Positions 24,401-38,032 of a stretch of 64,000 bases of DNA are shown piece by piece (positions within the stretch are counted from its first letter, which is position 1; every line of letters starts with the position of its first letter). Source of the DNA: Camelus ferus (lineage: Eukaryota); the NCBI RefSeq assembly GCF_009834535.1, contig NC_045697.1, forward strand, positions 18,726,001-18,790,000, read 5' to 3'. The notes under the pieces were generated by a model. That model ran no database searches and was not told the origin of the DNA. It saw only the letters and a list, made by a program, of their open reading frames with translations. The position numbers and the translations under genes are program-made.

Positions 24401-27199
24401 CTATGTGCTTGTCTGTGGAATCGGGGAGTGGAGATATAGATAATTTGGGAATGCTCTTGACAGCATTTGCCAATGAATTGCTTGTGATGGAAGGCAAAAA
24501 TGAGGGGGAAAGTTCAGTGATACTAGTACAGCAGAGAAGAGAGACCACATGTCTTTAGGGAATGTGCATGTGTGGAAGTTGGTGAGAGAATGTTAAAAAT
24601 TAAGTTGCTACGTTGGAGCAGCTCATCTTCAAAGGAAAACTGTTCCCCTCCTATTTTCTAGTTTGACAGTCTGATGTAGGGCAGTTGACTAGCCAATTAA
24701 CTAGTAAATTAACTAACACCACAACAGCTTTGCAGTTTGCGTAGTTTAAAGTCAGCACAGCGATATACCAAGTAAATATACAGCATGAGTGGCCCAAGCT
24801 GTGACTGTTAAGGCTGTACCTGCTTGAGTCTTGCCTTGTTTTCCTCACTGCCGCTGTCAGACTCCCAAGGCTTTTGCCTCCTGTTCTAGTGCTTTACTCC
24901 AAGTTACTGATGATCAGTACTTTTAGTCACTTCTCAGTGATTCTCAATTCAGAATCTTTCTTTTGCCTGTGCCGAGCCAAGTCTCCTCAGAAGATTGTGG
25001 AATTATTAGGCTGCCTGTAGTACCACCCACCCCAGGCAAAGCAGTTTGCCCGTCAAATTTCCTACCGTCAACTTCTGTGCCCTGTGCTGTGTATTCCCCT
25101 TGCAGAGCCCCGCGGCCCCTTGTAAGGCTTGCGTGAGCAGATACCAGCTGCTGGGCCTGCTCCTTTGGTCCTAGTAGTGTATGAAAGTAGCATGACAGGT
25201 TAATGGCTCAGATACACTTTGGCAGAAAGCCATTCATAAGCTTTGCATTGTGGTTAAGACCACTTCTTCACAGTGGTTTTTGGCTTTACCACAAATATAG
25301 GTTTGATTATTGTAATATGACATATGATAACAGAAAGTTAAGTTACAGTTCAAAGAAATGTATTGTTTTGGGTATAAACACTCAGGCAGAAAGGCATGTC
25401 CTTATTCATGCAATGGTGTTATAAAAAACGTTCTGGAAATCTTTTCTTCCCCGTTCTGAACATAAGAATTTTGATCATTTTGTTATTTTTGTTTATTAAG
25501 TATTCTCCCTTCAGTGCCCTATTTTGCATGTTTTAAAATGATGATTGACATCTTTTGTTTTTTTCCCTTAGGATCAGGCTTCTTTGAAACAATTTACCTC
25601 CTTATAAACCTAAATCATACCCTTTGCTTTATGAATTAGACCTTATTTGGGCTATACATCCATAAATGTTCTGGTCTGCATTATTTAAAAGGAAAATAAA
25701 AGGCAGCCAGACTGATGAATTTAAATACTTTAGAATTCCAAACTATATGTTAGAGGTTGGCTGTTTAAGAAATTGGCCAAAAATAGTTTGATGGAGGTTG
25801 GGGCTGGTATTGTGTTTTTATAGTTTTTACCAACAGAAAACTGAAGAAGTCTGTGTATTCTTGGTCCTTTTCAACTCAAAAAGAAATGTACTTTGCAGAA
25901 TTAGAATTGATAGTATAAACACTAGTCATGAGCAATGTAACATATTGTCTTTGTGCAGGGCATATGCAAGAATAATTGTCAAATTTTTGACATATATGTG
26001 CACATGTGTGCCTGTTTATGTACATGTATGCAGTAGTAGAGGTATGGCTCCTACAGCAGGTGTCTTTAGGTTTCCTGATTTTTATGTATTTATAGCTCTA
26101 GAAAACAATTTTTTCACTTTCTAGTAATCAAAGAAAAATTTATCCTTTACCTATATAAAAATTAGTCAGTAGCTGGAAAATTGGGAGGGTAATGAAAAAA
26201 GTTTTTCTCAGATTTTTTGTTGACCCCTCACTGAAGCAAAGCAAGTCTATACTACATCATAGAAGGTTTTAGGATCAGTTAGTGTACTTTACAGCATGTC
26301 ATAAAAATTCATACCCTGGGCACCCTCTTCACGTGTTAGTATCCAGAATTAAACTGTAATTAAATTCTGACACAGAGTATTTGGAAAATCATGGACATTA
26401 TACTCTAGTTACATTTTGAACCAAATTTACCATTGTGTGAACTTGGGCAGGGTAGTTTCTCAGCTGATTTCCTCATCTGTGTAATGAGGATAATAGCACC
26501 TACCTTAATAAGACTGATACATGTTTGAAGTGAAATATGCATGCATAGCATGTAGCCTCATGTTGCTGTTGTAGTGTGTTCTGTATGGATAGGGACCATG
26601 TTTCTTATTTGCTGCTGTATGTTCCAAGTGTCTGCTGCGGTGCTTACATACAATAGGCACTGAAATGTGTGTTAAATGATTAAAGACCAAACAAAGGAAT
26701 GAGAACGTGGGGAAAAAATTACGCCGTTCTCTCTCCTTCCTCTTCATTTTGGTTTTAGTTGAGATAGGCAAAGGAAGCCAGTTCAAAAATTAACAGTAGG
26801 AACATTCTAATCCTAGTACACAGTCAGCATTTTCCCATGACACTGCATAATTAGTAATTTTTTAAAAATGCACATTCTTGTGATAGATGATTTGCCAAAC
26901 AGAGGACCACAGTTGATCCTAATTTTTTGCTTACTAAGTAGGAGAGAAGATTGTTGGAAATTTTGATCTGCTATTTGGATGGAGAGAAGACCAGTTTTCT
27001 CAGGACTTACATCCTTATACTAGCTTTTCTTGGTATGAAATACATACATTCTGAAATGGTACACCCAACGACTAGAAATCACTGCTTTCTAAGATTTTGA
27101 TGTTAAAATAAAATTTGAAGATAATAGGAGTAAAATCTAGGGAAGAGCTTTTTTCCCAAAACTGATCATTCATTCAAAAAATTTAAATATTTATATATC

Positions 27200-27700
27200 T
27201 AGAAATATATAAATTAAAGTAATATACCTACAGAAAAGCAAAGCACACAAATCATAAATGTGCAATAAATTAAATTTTCATAAAGTGAATATACATGTGT
27301 GACCATCACACAGACGAAGAGTTTTACTAGCTCTTCAGGAGCCCTTCTTACAGCCCCTCCTGTCGGCACCCTCCTTCCAGCGGTAGCCTGTATCTTGGTA
27401 AATACTGTAGATTCATTTTGCTTTTTAAAATTTTTTTAATTCTATATAAATAGAATCTTTTTTTTTTTTGTACCTTTTTGAATCTGGCTTCTTTTGCTAG
27501 TAACCAACACTACTGAATTTGTAATGATTGTTCATTTTCATTGCTGAATAAGACTCTGTTGTCTAATTTTGTGATTTTCTAATGCTTTGGCAGTGATCAT
27601 TTGGGTTTCTGGTTTGGGGTTATTATGTCTGGTGATGCTGTGGAGATTCTTATTCATGTCTTTTGGTACACATTTGTTCACATTTGTAGGGGTATAGAAT
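27200..27700 (-). mobile_element. Old L1ME-like 3' fragment
   Basis: Antisense L1 3' UTR motifs such as gcacacaaatcataaatgtgca and ttattcatgtcttttggtacacat. Confidence 0.65.
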
Positions 27701-28539
27701 TTTTACTCCTTTTGAACATCAGCAGTAATAATCTCAAGTCAACAAGCATATATTTTAAACTATTGCCAAAGGTCTAGCAGTATTACTGTTTTCTCAGGTG
27801 TACTTTTATTAATGAAAAGTCCTGAGCCTTCAGGTACCACCTAATTGCATGGTGTCGATTCTGAGACTATTCCATTCTACAGGCTGAACCAGGATTAATT
27901 TAGGGAGAGGCCCACTGAGCCTAACTTTTACAGGGAAATATTTCTTTTCTACTCATATTTTCTTCCCATGATGGAAGCATACATACAATGCCTGGCCTCT
28001 CTCCACCAATTTTAATCCTTTGATTCCTCATCAATTGCTTGGAAATTTTTATTTGTAGGGTGTTAGGACTCTATATTGAGTCCAGCTTTAAAATTGCAAG
28101 GTCTTTTGGCTTAGTAGGTTTTTTTTAAAACGGAAAATTACCTATTTTTCCATAGGTTACATATTTTTCCATTTGTTAATTCTGTGGAAGCAATTCTCTG
28201 AGAGGCCTTGTGAAATGTTAACTTATTTATCTTCCTTGTATCTTTCCTCACTGAAAGTGTCCTCTCTGCTATAGCCAAGCTTCCCTACCAGAAATCATTG
28301 ATGGTAACTTCTTGGGGATCTGACCTATCAGTGCCAAACACCTATCCTGTAGAGTGGTTAGCAGGTAACTGGACACCTTCCCAGAGAAATGTACTATACG
28401 CAAAATGTTGCATATATTTTCAAGAATAGAACCCAAGGAGAACAGGTGATGGAATCCTGTTATAGATGGTTATACCTTATGGCTTTCTAAATTTCATTTT
28501 AGATAAGGGGAAAAAATGTCTTTTCTACTTTTGTTACTC

Positions 28540-28629
28540 TTCCTTTCCCTTTCCCATTCCTATTCCCTTTCCCTTTCCCTTCCCTTTTCTCTCCTCTCCT
28601 CTCCTTTCCTTTTTTTTTTTTTTTTTTTT
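28540..28629. repeat. Polypyrimidine simple repeat: (CCCTTT)n, (CTCCT)n, poly-T
   Basis: Directly visible in the sequence. Confidence 0.9.
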
Positions 28630-28669
28630 GAAGCTTTTATAGGGTTGGAAGGAACATTTCAAAAGATTT

Positions 28670-29385
28670 TTTTTTGGGTGTATACCCAGAGGTGGAATAG
28701 ATGGATCCTGTAGTAAATGTACATTTAATATTGCCATACTAATTTCTACAGTGGCTACACCGTTCTATTTTACTTTCACTACCAATGTACAAGGGTTCTA
28801 ATTTCCCCACATCCTCACCAACACTTGTTATTTTCAATAATAGTCATCCTGATGGGTACGGAGTGGTATCATTATGGCTTTGATTTGCATTTCCCTTATA
28901 ATTAGTAATGTTGAGCTTCTTTTATGTGCTTATTGGCCATTCGTATATTTCTTCAAGATATATATATCTTCTGTCTGTTCACATCCTTTGTGTGCTTTTA
29001 AATCAGGTTTTCAAGGTTTTTTGTTCTTGAATTATAATAGTTCTTTTTTTTTAACTGAAGTATAGTCGATTTACAATGTTGTGTTAGTTTCTGGTATACA
29101 GCATAGTGATTCAGATAAATATATATATATATATATATATATTTCTTTTCATATTATTCTTCATTATAGGTTATTACAAGGTATTGAATATAGTTCCCTG
29201 TGCTAGGTCCTAAAGTAGGACCTTGTTGTTTATCTGTTTTATATATAGTATGTATTATCTGTAAATCCTGAACTCCCAATTTATTCCTCTCCCCTTCCCC
29301 CGGTAACCGTAAGTTTATTTTTTATGTCTGTGTAGGAGTTCTTTACATATTCTGGATCTTATTAATCTCTTATAATATGTGTGAT
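28670..29385 (-). mobile_element. Antisense L1 ORF2 fragment hosting a nested L1 3' end
   Basis: gggtgtatacccagaggtggaat and ttgatttgcatttccct are antisense ORF2 motifs. The host resumes at gtaggagttctttacatattctggat. Confidence 0.8.
29044..29331 (-). mobile_element. L1 3' end (same family as 36880-37172) containing (TA)n
   Basis: ttttaactgaagtatagtcgatttacaatgttgtgttagtttctgg... is the reverse-complement homolog of 36880-37172. Confidence 0.85.
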
Positions 29386-30919
29386 TCATTATACTTATTT
29401 TTAAAGGCCTATAAATATGTATTTGTTTTGAGGGGTTTATTTCAGTTTTACTATATTACTGTAAATATCACTCAGTAACCCAGCCCTGAAGGAGTAAAGG
29501 TGTTTCATCAAGTGTTTACTCAGTGCCTAGAACTCTTTTAGGTGCTGTACACTTAGGAGCCTTTTAAATTTTTGGAAGAATCCTATATGGACATACTTTT
29601 ATCTGTGTTTTCAGTTGAGAAAACTGAAATACAGAGAGTTTAACTTCCACTAATTCGCATTTAAGGTGGAATTTGAATTGAAGCAACCCAGTCCCTGAGT
29701 CCATGCCCTTACCACAATACATGGCTGCCTCTTTCATGACTTGTTTTTGTGACAGGCTTTTTGTGTGCTCTCATCAGATGACACTTTTCACCTCTTAAAT
29801 ACTGCCTTAAAGGGAGTGTATGAGATCAAGTGAGGTGTCTGAAGGAGTTCTTAGCAAAAGTTGAATTCTTAGCAAAAACAAAATAGACGGTTTTAAGATT
29901 GGAACTTCTTTAAAGTTCTTTAGATTGTATTGTATTTTCGTTTGTGGAAGTACATGTTTTCCATAAGGGTGTAAATTTCTTTATTTGAGTCTGGCATATT
30001 TTTTTCTAAAATGTTTCAGCTAGTAAAATTGTACTGAGACAATTTTGGGGTGTAAATTCTTAACTTATATGCCTTTCTCTGTTTTTATTTTAAGCCACCT
30101 GTATTCTAGACTTGTTGTGAGTGGCCTTAATGGATACTTAGATATTGCAATTTTATTTTGCTGTTTACCTAAGCCAAACTTAGTAATGAATGAAACAGGT
30201 CAAATTATACAATGCATTCTAGAGCAAAATAGAATTTTTGCTGCTGCCCGTTAGCACTAGTAATTGTGTGTAGGGGGGGTATATATGTGTGTGTTGTTTT
30301 ATCTATGCACTTGGGTAGGGAGTATGAAAATGTACATCTCATTTCCTCATCCAAAATTAATGCTAACAGGATAGTTTTTTTTTTTGCAGTGGGAGAGAGT
30401 GGTGTATATGGGCATGACTGGGAGGTGCTCTGTGTAACCAGCACTCTTCCTTATTGTACACATGTATTTAAAATTTTTTGTTAATACAAATGATGCTCTA
30501 TTGAATATCTTTCTATACAAATTTTTGCATAGTCACAAATTGTCCACCCATGTAATAAATTTCCAGACTAGAAATGGCTAGGAATTCAAAGAAATGCACA
30601 TTTTAATTATAATTATGATATTACCAAATGTCTTCAAAAAAGATTGCACAAATTGAAACTCCCAACAGTGCATGAAAGTTCCTGTTTCTCCACTTATACA
30701 CCAGCACTGGGTATTATCAAACTTTAAATCTACAGCAAGCGATTCTTAAATGACTGACATGAGAACATAAGAGATATGCCAGGAAGCTGTCCCTAGAGTC
30801 TCTTACGTGTCACCTCCAATGAATGTTTTTTAATAGGTTTGTCACCACCAGGTTCTGTGGCAAGCAGGGTCAGGCCAGTAGCTTGATCAGGAGGTTAGTG
30901 CTTCTCTGATTGTGGCCTT

Positions 30920-31550
30920 TTTTATTTTGATCTAATTTCAACTTACAGAAAAATTGCAAGAATATTACAAAGAAGTTCAGCCAGATACTTCAGTCATTAA
31001 CATTTACCACATTTGCATTATCCCTCTGTGTATCTGCACGCACATGCATACACACACACACACACACACTCTTTCCCTGAATCCTTTGAAGGTAAGTAGG
31101 CATCATGATTTTTTATCCCTAAATACTACAATGAATGTTTCAAAAAAAAAAAAAGACATTCTCTTATGTGACCCCTGTACAGTTATCCAAACCAGGAAAT
31201 TAAAATTAATATAATCCTATTCTCTATTCTACCATTTTATGTGGATTTTGTCAGTTGTCCAAATAACGTCCTTTTATAGAAGTAAATCTGGATAGTCTTG
31301 TATTCAGTGTTCATGTGCATTTAGTCTCTTCTAATCTGGGCCAGTTCCTCAGTTTTTTTGTCTTTCATAACCTTGATGCTATTAAAAGTGTAGTCCATTT
31401 ATTTTGTTCACTATTCCACAATTTAGGTTGGTTATGTTTCCTCACGTTTAGATTTAGGGTATTTGTTATTTGTCAGTGATATCAGAGAAGTGATATTGTG
31501 CTCTTATGCGCCGTGTTAGGAAGCATTTGATATCAGTCTGTCCCATTCAG
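30920..31550 (-). mobile_element. L1MC-like 3' UTR fragment containing (CA)n
   Basis: taatttcaacttacagaaaaattgcaagaata...ttaacatttaccacatttgc; (CA)n at about 31049-31068. Confidence 0.65.
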
Positions 31551-33477
31551 TCTCTTGAAATTGGAGTAGTTGCAGTGTCTCATTGCTCCCTCTTGTTGAC
31601 ACCATAGATTTTAAGACACATACTTTTTATAAAAGATCTTCATATGCAGTGTTAATGGATGCCCAATGCTGTGCTATCTGGGTGGTGGGGCTCATGGCAG
31701 TTGCAGATTAACTGGAGGCAGGCACCTGTAACCTAACCTGGTAATAACATTGGAGGTGCCTAAAAACCCAGATGCTGAGAATAGCTGGAGACTGAGGTCT
31801 CAGTCACCCCTCCTTTGCATCTTTCTCATCTTCCTGCTTCTCACAAACTGCTGATAGACTGTTACAAAGTTAAGTTTGTTGTTGTTGTCTTAATTGAAAA
31901 GGGAAAGGTAGACTAAAGGGACTTCAAAAATTAAGGAAACAGTGCTTTTCAAATGTTCTACCCAGTATGTTAGTAAGAAGGGGAGCATGTTTCTCCATTG
32001 ATGGGGCCAGCTGCAAGCATGGCGTGTCTTTGACGTCTGCCCCATAGGATTTCTGATAGAACACATTTATTTGTTTAATAAATGTGATCCTTCAGGAGAT
32101 TACATCATGCCTTGATTGTCTTTGTTGCAGTAGCCAAGATCACTAGTTACACCTTGATAAGTTTTGAGCATTATTGCTATTTATTAAATGTGGTTCTTAA
32201 GGTACCAGTAGGTTCAGAACTAGCAATTGAAGTGTGATGAAAGATGACATGTCTTGCTCAACGTTTTGTGAGTTAATACATAGGCTGTTTCCTGCCATAG
32301 ATATAGAATGAATATGCTTTTAGAAGTAAAGTTACATTTACTTGAAATATATCTTTAATTGGCCAGATATTTATCTCTTCAGTCATGTTCAATAAGTATA
32401 CTTGTTTCTAAAATTTTTGTGTTTATAAATTATATGGATGAACATCTTTGAACATAGTGGTGTCGTCCATTTGTCCTAACAGCCTGTAAGTTCCATTAAG
32501 GGCATGGATTTTGTGTCTCTTGTTCACTGTTGTATACCAAGTACCTATACTTGGTCTGTACTAGGTGAATGAATGAATCTGGAGACAAGGACACACAACA
32601 TGATGTGTAACTTTCTAATTAACCTCTTCTATTTTTTGTGAGTAAATTACTAAACAGCTTCCTAGTACCATTTGCTTTATGTTTCACATTACATGTTATC
32701 ATAGAATATAGTGACAACATGTATCACCTATGTTTCCTTCTACTGGTGGAATGACCAGGTATGGATTCTTGAGGGTATAAATCAAGTTTCCTTATTTTTC
32801 CCTGATCAAAATGCTTTTTCGTTTCACTATCGTAAATCATGGTTCAAAAATTCCAGTACTTTTTTGAACGATATAAAATTTATATACTATTTACAGCAGA
32901 TTCGATGTAAAATTTGGTTTAATTATGAGTGGTTTGTTCATGCTTTCTTTTCTACTTTTTTCCTGCAAATAGTGCACCAGTGTATCATCTTAATTTATTT
33001 TAGTTTCATTTCTGCATTAAGCAGAAAATTGGTGAAATACAGAAAAACAGAGGAAATTACTTTTAGTTCTACACCCAAGTGCAGAATAGTTTCCCACATG
33101 ACTTGAGCTTGCTTTTCTAGCTGGCTCCATGCTTTTAAAATCGAAATTTTAATATTGTTACTAGATGATATTCTAGCAGTATAATTACTAAATTATTTAT
33201 ATTTAAAATTTTTTTCTTGTCTTTCTGCACCCCATCTTTTGATTTTTGACCTGGTTTTCTTGTGTGAAGACTCTGTTAACTAGAAAAGGTGTTAGGATGG
33301 TGAAGTTCTGATAACCTTTATCGTGTTTGTCCTTAATATATTTGTGGTCATATATACTTCCTTAACAGATGTGGTTAATATAGAAGGAAATGTATCCGTT
33401 GTGGGAGAAAACAATATTGCATCTCCACCATGAGCAAAAAGAAGTTAAGTAAAGTGTATGCAGGTTTTTTAAAAAAA

Positions 33478-33597
33478 ATTTTATTGAAATATAATTGATT
33501 TACAGTGTATTAGTTTCAAGTGTACAGTAAAGTGATTCAGTGTTTTTGTGTATGAGAGAGAGTATATTCTTCTTCAGATTCTTTTCCATTATAGGTT
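33478..33597 (-). mobile_element. Short L1 3' end
   Basis: ttttattgaaatataattgatttacagtgtattagtttc...ttcagattcttttccattataggtta. Confidence 0.8.
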
Positions 33598-34142
33598 AAT
33601 TTTTAAAACTTACTTGAAAATTCTAATGGATTGGCAGATATGTGGGAACCTCAGTACTATTTATAGGTAGGAACTACTATGTTTAATGATTGATGGCAAC
33701 TTTTTAAAAATCCTCACACTGCCAGGTATATGAAATAGAATTACTGAATGAATAATGAACATTTTCCCTAGCTATTTCTATTTTGAATAGAAGATCATTG
33801 TTAACTTAGAAAAGGAAAGCTAGCGAACTAAAGTAAAATGAATTTGCTAGCTTAAAATTATACCTAAGACATATACTTTGGATAATGTAAGTTTTCTTGA
33901 GCTACAGTGTTGTATGAGCATTCCTAAGTAAGGTGGCTCATAGGCTTTGTGTTTTTTGTTCAGCAATCCCAACCTGAGGGAAAACTGTACAGAATATAAC
34001 AAGAAGAGAAGGACATGGGTATAATCAACTTTATATAAACTAACTTTTGCTTGTTATTTTTTAAGAAAGGCCAGAATCATAGCTTTTTTTCCTTTAAACA
34101 TATAACAGGATTGGTTATTACATTTAATCAAAACTATGCTTT

Positions 34143-34278
34143 GGAGGGGAGGGTATAGCTCAAGTGGTAGAGCTCATGCTTGGCATACACAAGGTCCCGG
34201 GTTCAATCCCAGTACCTCTTCTGAAGATAAATAAATAAGTAAACCTAACTACCCCTCGCCCCCCTAAAATTTTTTTTT
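34143..34278 (+). mobile_element. tRNA-Ala-derived SINE (Vic-1-like)
   Basis: ggagggtatagctcaagtggtagagctcatgcttggcatacacaaggtcccgggttcaatcccagtacctc plus a tail. Confidence 0.9.
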
Positions 34279-35962
34279 TAAACTGCGTTACACAGTGTGC
34301 ATAAAATTTGAGAAACCTGTTGACTCAAATGAGATTGACAACCTGCAATATCAAAACGATAGATTGGATAGCAGTGGCTCTTTGTTACAATAAGGAATTA
34401 ACTCAGTATTTCATAAAATCAGAAGTGTCCCTAGGGTACTTAAGGATCTATTTATTTATTTTTTTGCATTGTTAAGTATACCATGCACCTATTATGAAAT
34501 GTGTCTTACAGAAGAGTGGTCTAAACTTCGTTCATCCAATTTTGTTTCTGATTTAGTTGTTAACACATATGTCAGTAGATATCTTGTTTTAAAAACAGAT
34601 TACAGGTAAAGATAAAAAATTTGTATCAGCCTGTCTCACCATCCCTTACTGCAAAAGGGAGAGGCAACTTAATCTTTGAATTATAATCAGCCTCTGAGTA
34701 ATTGATAGCTGACTGTTGTTACTTCTGCTTTTGAAAAGTGGTTATTTTGATTGCATAATAAATACTACATCATGAATTTTCTTCAGTCACTTATGTTTAA
34801 AGATAGACCTTCTTTCTGTAGTAGATAATTCTTGAAGTTTTGTGTGTTGTGCATCAGATTAGTAGAGGAAAATGAATCTTGATAAGTGTAGGATACATAT
34901 AGTATCTTGGTATAACTTGACAGTTTTAAATATGTAGACCTATATGAATTTTATTAAATAATTAGAATTTAGTTCATGATGAACTAAATGCTTCCATAAA
35001 TTTTCTCAAAAAAACAATTTCTTATTCTTCCCCCATTCTAATACATACAGTAACCATTAGTTTTAATGAGATAAACAGGAATGTGATGCGTGTGCATTAA
35101 AGAGAGGATTGAGATTGCACACAACAATTATTGGAGATGCTTTATTATATACGGAAGAAGCAGTTTAATCTCAACATTTATAAAATTTCTAGCCTTAGGT
35201 TGGTGCCTAGATAGAACAATGTATCATTTTGAAATGCTGTTCAAGCCTAGCAGGCAAATGGCTGTGTTCCATTCCTCCTGTTTTCTATGGGGGTAGGAGT
35301 GATGTTGCACAAGCATGCTATATGGTTGTTAAATTCACCTAATGGATATTTAAAAAAAGGATATGGACAGATATTTTAATCAACATTGTTGTTAATCTAA
35401 TTTTGAAAGTATTTCAGAGAACCAAAAAACAAAATTTGGACTTCAATTTTGAGTGCAGTGGATCTCCTAGTCATGTGATAAACCTATGTTAAAATTCTGT
35501 GTTGGATCCCAAAGGGTGCTTGATGGTTGGAGTTATTAGCTACTGCAGAGGGCAGTGGCGTTATGATGCTCATTGAAAAGTTTTATCTCATTTGTTAACT
35601 GTTTCTCTCTCTAAAATTTTCACCACTTTAAGCCTTTAGGTAGATTCTGGCTAGACCCCAATTTGCTTCTCTTTAAAAAGAATAACTCTGCTCTTAAATT
35701 TATACATGAAGAAGTAATTTAAAGATTGTCTTAAACTTCTTGGTTTTTGTAAAGTATTCTATATCCACTCTACTTAGGAACAATTTTATTTAGAGTATAT
35801 ATTTTGTTATTACTGGGTATAGGTATTTATTAGAGGATTTCTTTTTACACTAGTCTTCAGTAGGTTGACATATAAATCAATGAGATTTCATGGTACCTGA
35901 AAAGCTTACTGTGGAGTGCGTCATACAGCCTATTAAATTTTCTTTTTCTTATTTTTTTCCAG

Positions 35963-36001
35963 AAAATTTGGTGAGCGGCCTCCACCTAAACGACTTACTA
36001 G
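35963..36001 (+). CDS. RBPJ: RBPJ 39-nt coding exon ((R)KFGERPPPKRLT(R))
   Basis: Acceptor tttttttccag at 35961-35962, donor gtaagc at 36002, phase 2-2. The translation matches RBPJ. Confidence 0.97.
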
Positions 36002-36879
36002 GTAAGCATTATATTAGTCTTTCACTCAAACATTTCATTAAAGTGTTAGATCCTGTTATTTTGGAAACTGTATTAGATGTTCTTGAAAAGAATTATTCAA
36101 ATAATGGTATTTGGATCATAGAAGCTTATTCCCATTCTCCCTCCTCCACGTCTCCCCTTTTCCTTCCCACAAAAACCGGGCAAGAGGATACAGTTCAAAG
36201 GGGAAAATGAAACCTTTCAAGAATTAATATTGAGTATTATAGTAAATATAACAAGGGCTAGAATGTAAAGATAGCTTCTTCTGTCTTAACGTCATTTAGC
36301 TAATCACAATTTGTTGATTACAGATGGGACTTGAAAGATACTTAAATGCTTTTAGAAAAAAATTTTTAAAGGTTTTATCCATTTTTAATGAGACTAAATA
36401 TTTTACTGTGTTCTAATTATATAATTTTACAGTATACATTTTAATTACAAATATTAAATTTAAAACTATTAGTCTTAAACATGATTTGTTAAATTTCTAG
36501 CAGTGATTGTAAAATAAAAAGTAAGACATTCAGTTCTACAGTTACAGTCCTAGACTTAATGCTATCCTGCATTGTTAGACTCTTTCAAGAAAATTGTATG
36601 CATATATAAACATACCTTTTCCTTTTTGAATCTGGTATCATACTCTGTCATTGTTCTGTGAACTATAGATCTCATGCCTTGTTTTTAATGTCTCCATAGT
36701 TTTCCATTGTCTTCACACTGCTCTTTATTTGACACTTCACATTGATGGCCACTTGGGTTATTTCCACATTATTGCTATTATTAGAAAAGCTGTTTCCCTC
36801 AAAGAATGATGAGGGACATACCAGAAGGACACACAAATCATGGGCACTTTGGTCATCAAAATAAATAATGATAGTAATG

Positions 36880-37172
36880 TCACAGATACAGAAAACAAAC
36901 TTATGGTTACCAAAGGGGAAAGGTAGGAGTGGGAGGTATAAATTAGGAGCTTGGGATTAGCAAATGCAAACTACTCTATATAAAATATATGAACAACAAG
37001 GTCCTATTGTATAGCACAGAGAACTATATTCAATATTTTGTAATAAACTATAATGAAAAAGAATCTGAAAAAGAATATATATATACACACACAGGTATGA
37101 TATAACTGAATCACTTTGCTGTGCATCAGAATCTAATCAACATTTTGTAAATCAGCTATACTTCAGTTAAAA
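36880..37172 (+). mobile_element. 5'-truncated L1 3' end with TSD
   Basis: tcacagatacagaaaacaaacttatggttaccaaagggg...tatacttcagttaaaaaa. 17-bp TSD aaataatga(t/c)agtaatg at 36863-36879 and 37173-37189. Confidence 0.9.
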
Positions 37173-37800
37173 AAATAATGACAGTAATGGATTAAAACTC
37201 AAAATAAAATGACAGTTTGGAAATCTGCACTAAGTTAAATAAATGATTCAATAAATGGAGGAGAAGAGATAGCTTTTCTTTACGGAAGAATTCCACCTAA
37301 TAAATGTAGAAGGAATGATGGAACTAGGAAACCACACTTTGGCAACCACTACAGTGATAATTGTTTGAGACAAAAATCATTGGTGAATGTTTAAACTACT
37401 GGTTTAAAGTCTGATGAGAAACAAAGTATTTTTATAGTGTCTAAGCATATCCTCATGAAGTAAGCGTTAATTATAAAGTGAAAAATAGTAACATGACAGT
37501 GAAGAAACCTGGCAGATACCATCTCAATTAAGTGATCTGAATTAACATCATTAACAAAGGAAAGATAAATGTCACATGCATCCTGAGGACATAATATCAC
37601 TTTTGTGGTGTTCTTGCCCGAAATGCATAAACTAAATCTAAGCATAAGGAGACATCAGACAGACACAAATGGAAGGGCATTCTGTAAAATAAACAGCAAA
37701 AGACTGCGGAATACCGGAGTAAAGGAGACCAAAAAGCTAAGTTAAACATGACAAATTCAACTAAATCTGTGCCAGTAACAAATTTTACTTGTACCCTAAA

Positions 37801-38032
37801 AGTGAAGTTGGCAAATGTTTTCTGTAACGGACCAGAGAATCAACGTGTTAGGTTTTGAGGGCCACATTGAGTTTGTTGTGACTTTTCAGCTCTGTTCTTG
37901 TATCCCTAAATCAGCCATAGACAATATGTAAATGAATAGGGTGTCCCTGTTCCAGCTCAACTTAATTTAATTTAAAAACAACAAAACAGACTGGTAGCCT
38001 TTCTGGCTTGAGGGTAATAGTTTCTCAACACC
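37801..38032. mobile_element. MER58A-like hAT-Charlie MITE
   Basis: gttggcaaatgttttctgtaacggaccaga ... cagccatagacaatatgtaaatgaat. Confidence 0.75.

Noticed and set aside
25545..25680. Strong acceptor ttttttcccttag at 25570-25571 as a hidden exon
   Set aside because: No convincing downstream donor or open frame. It cannot be supported without transcript data.
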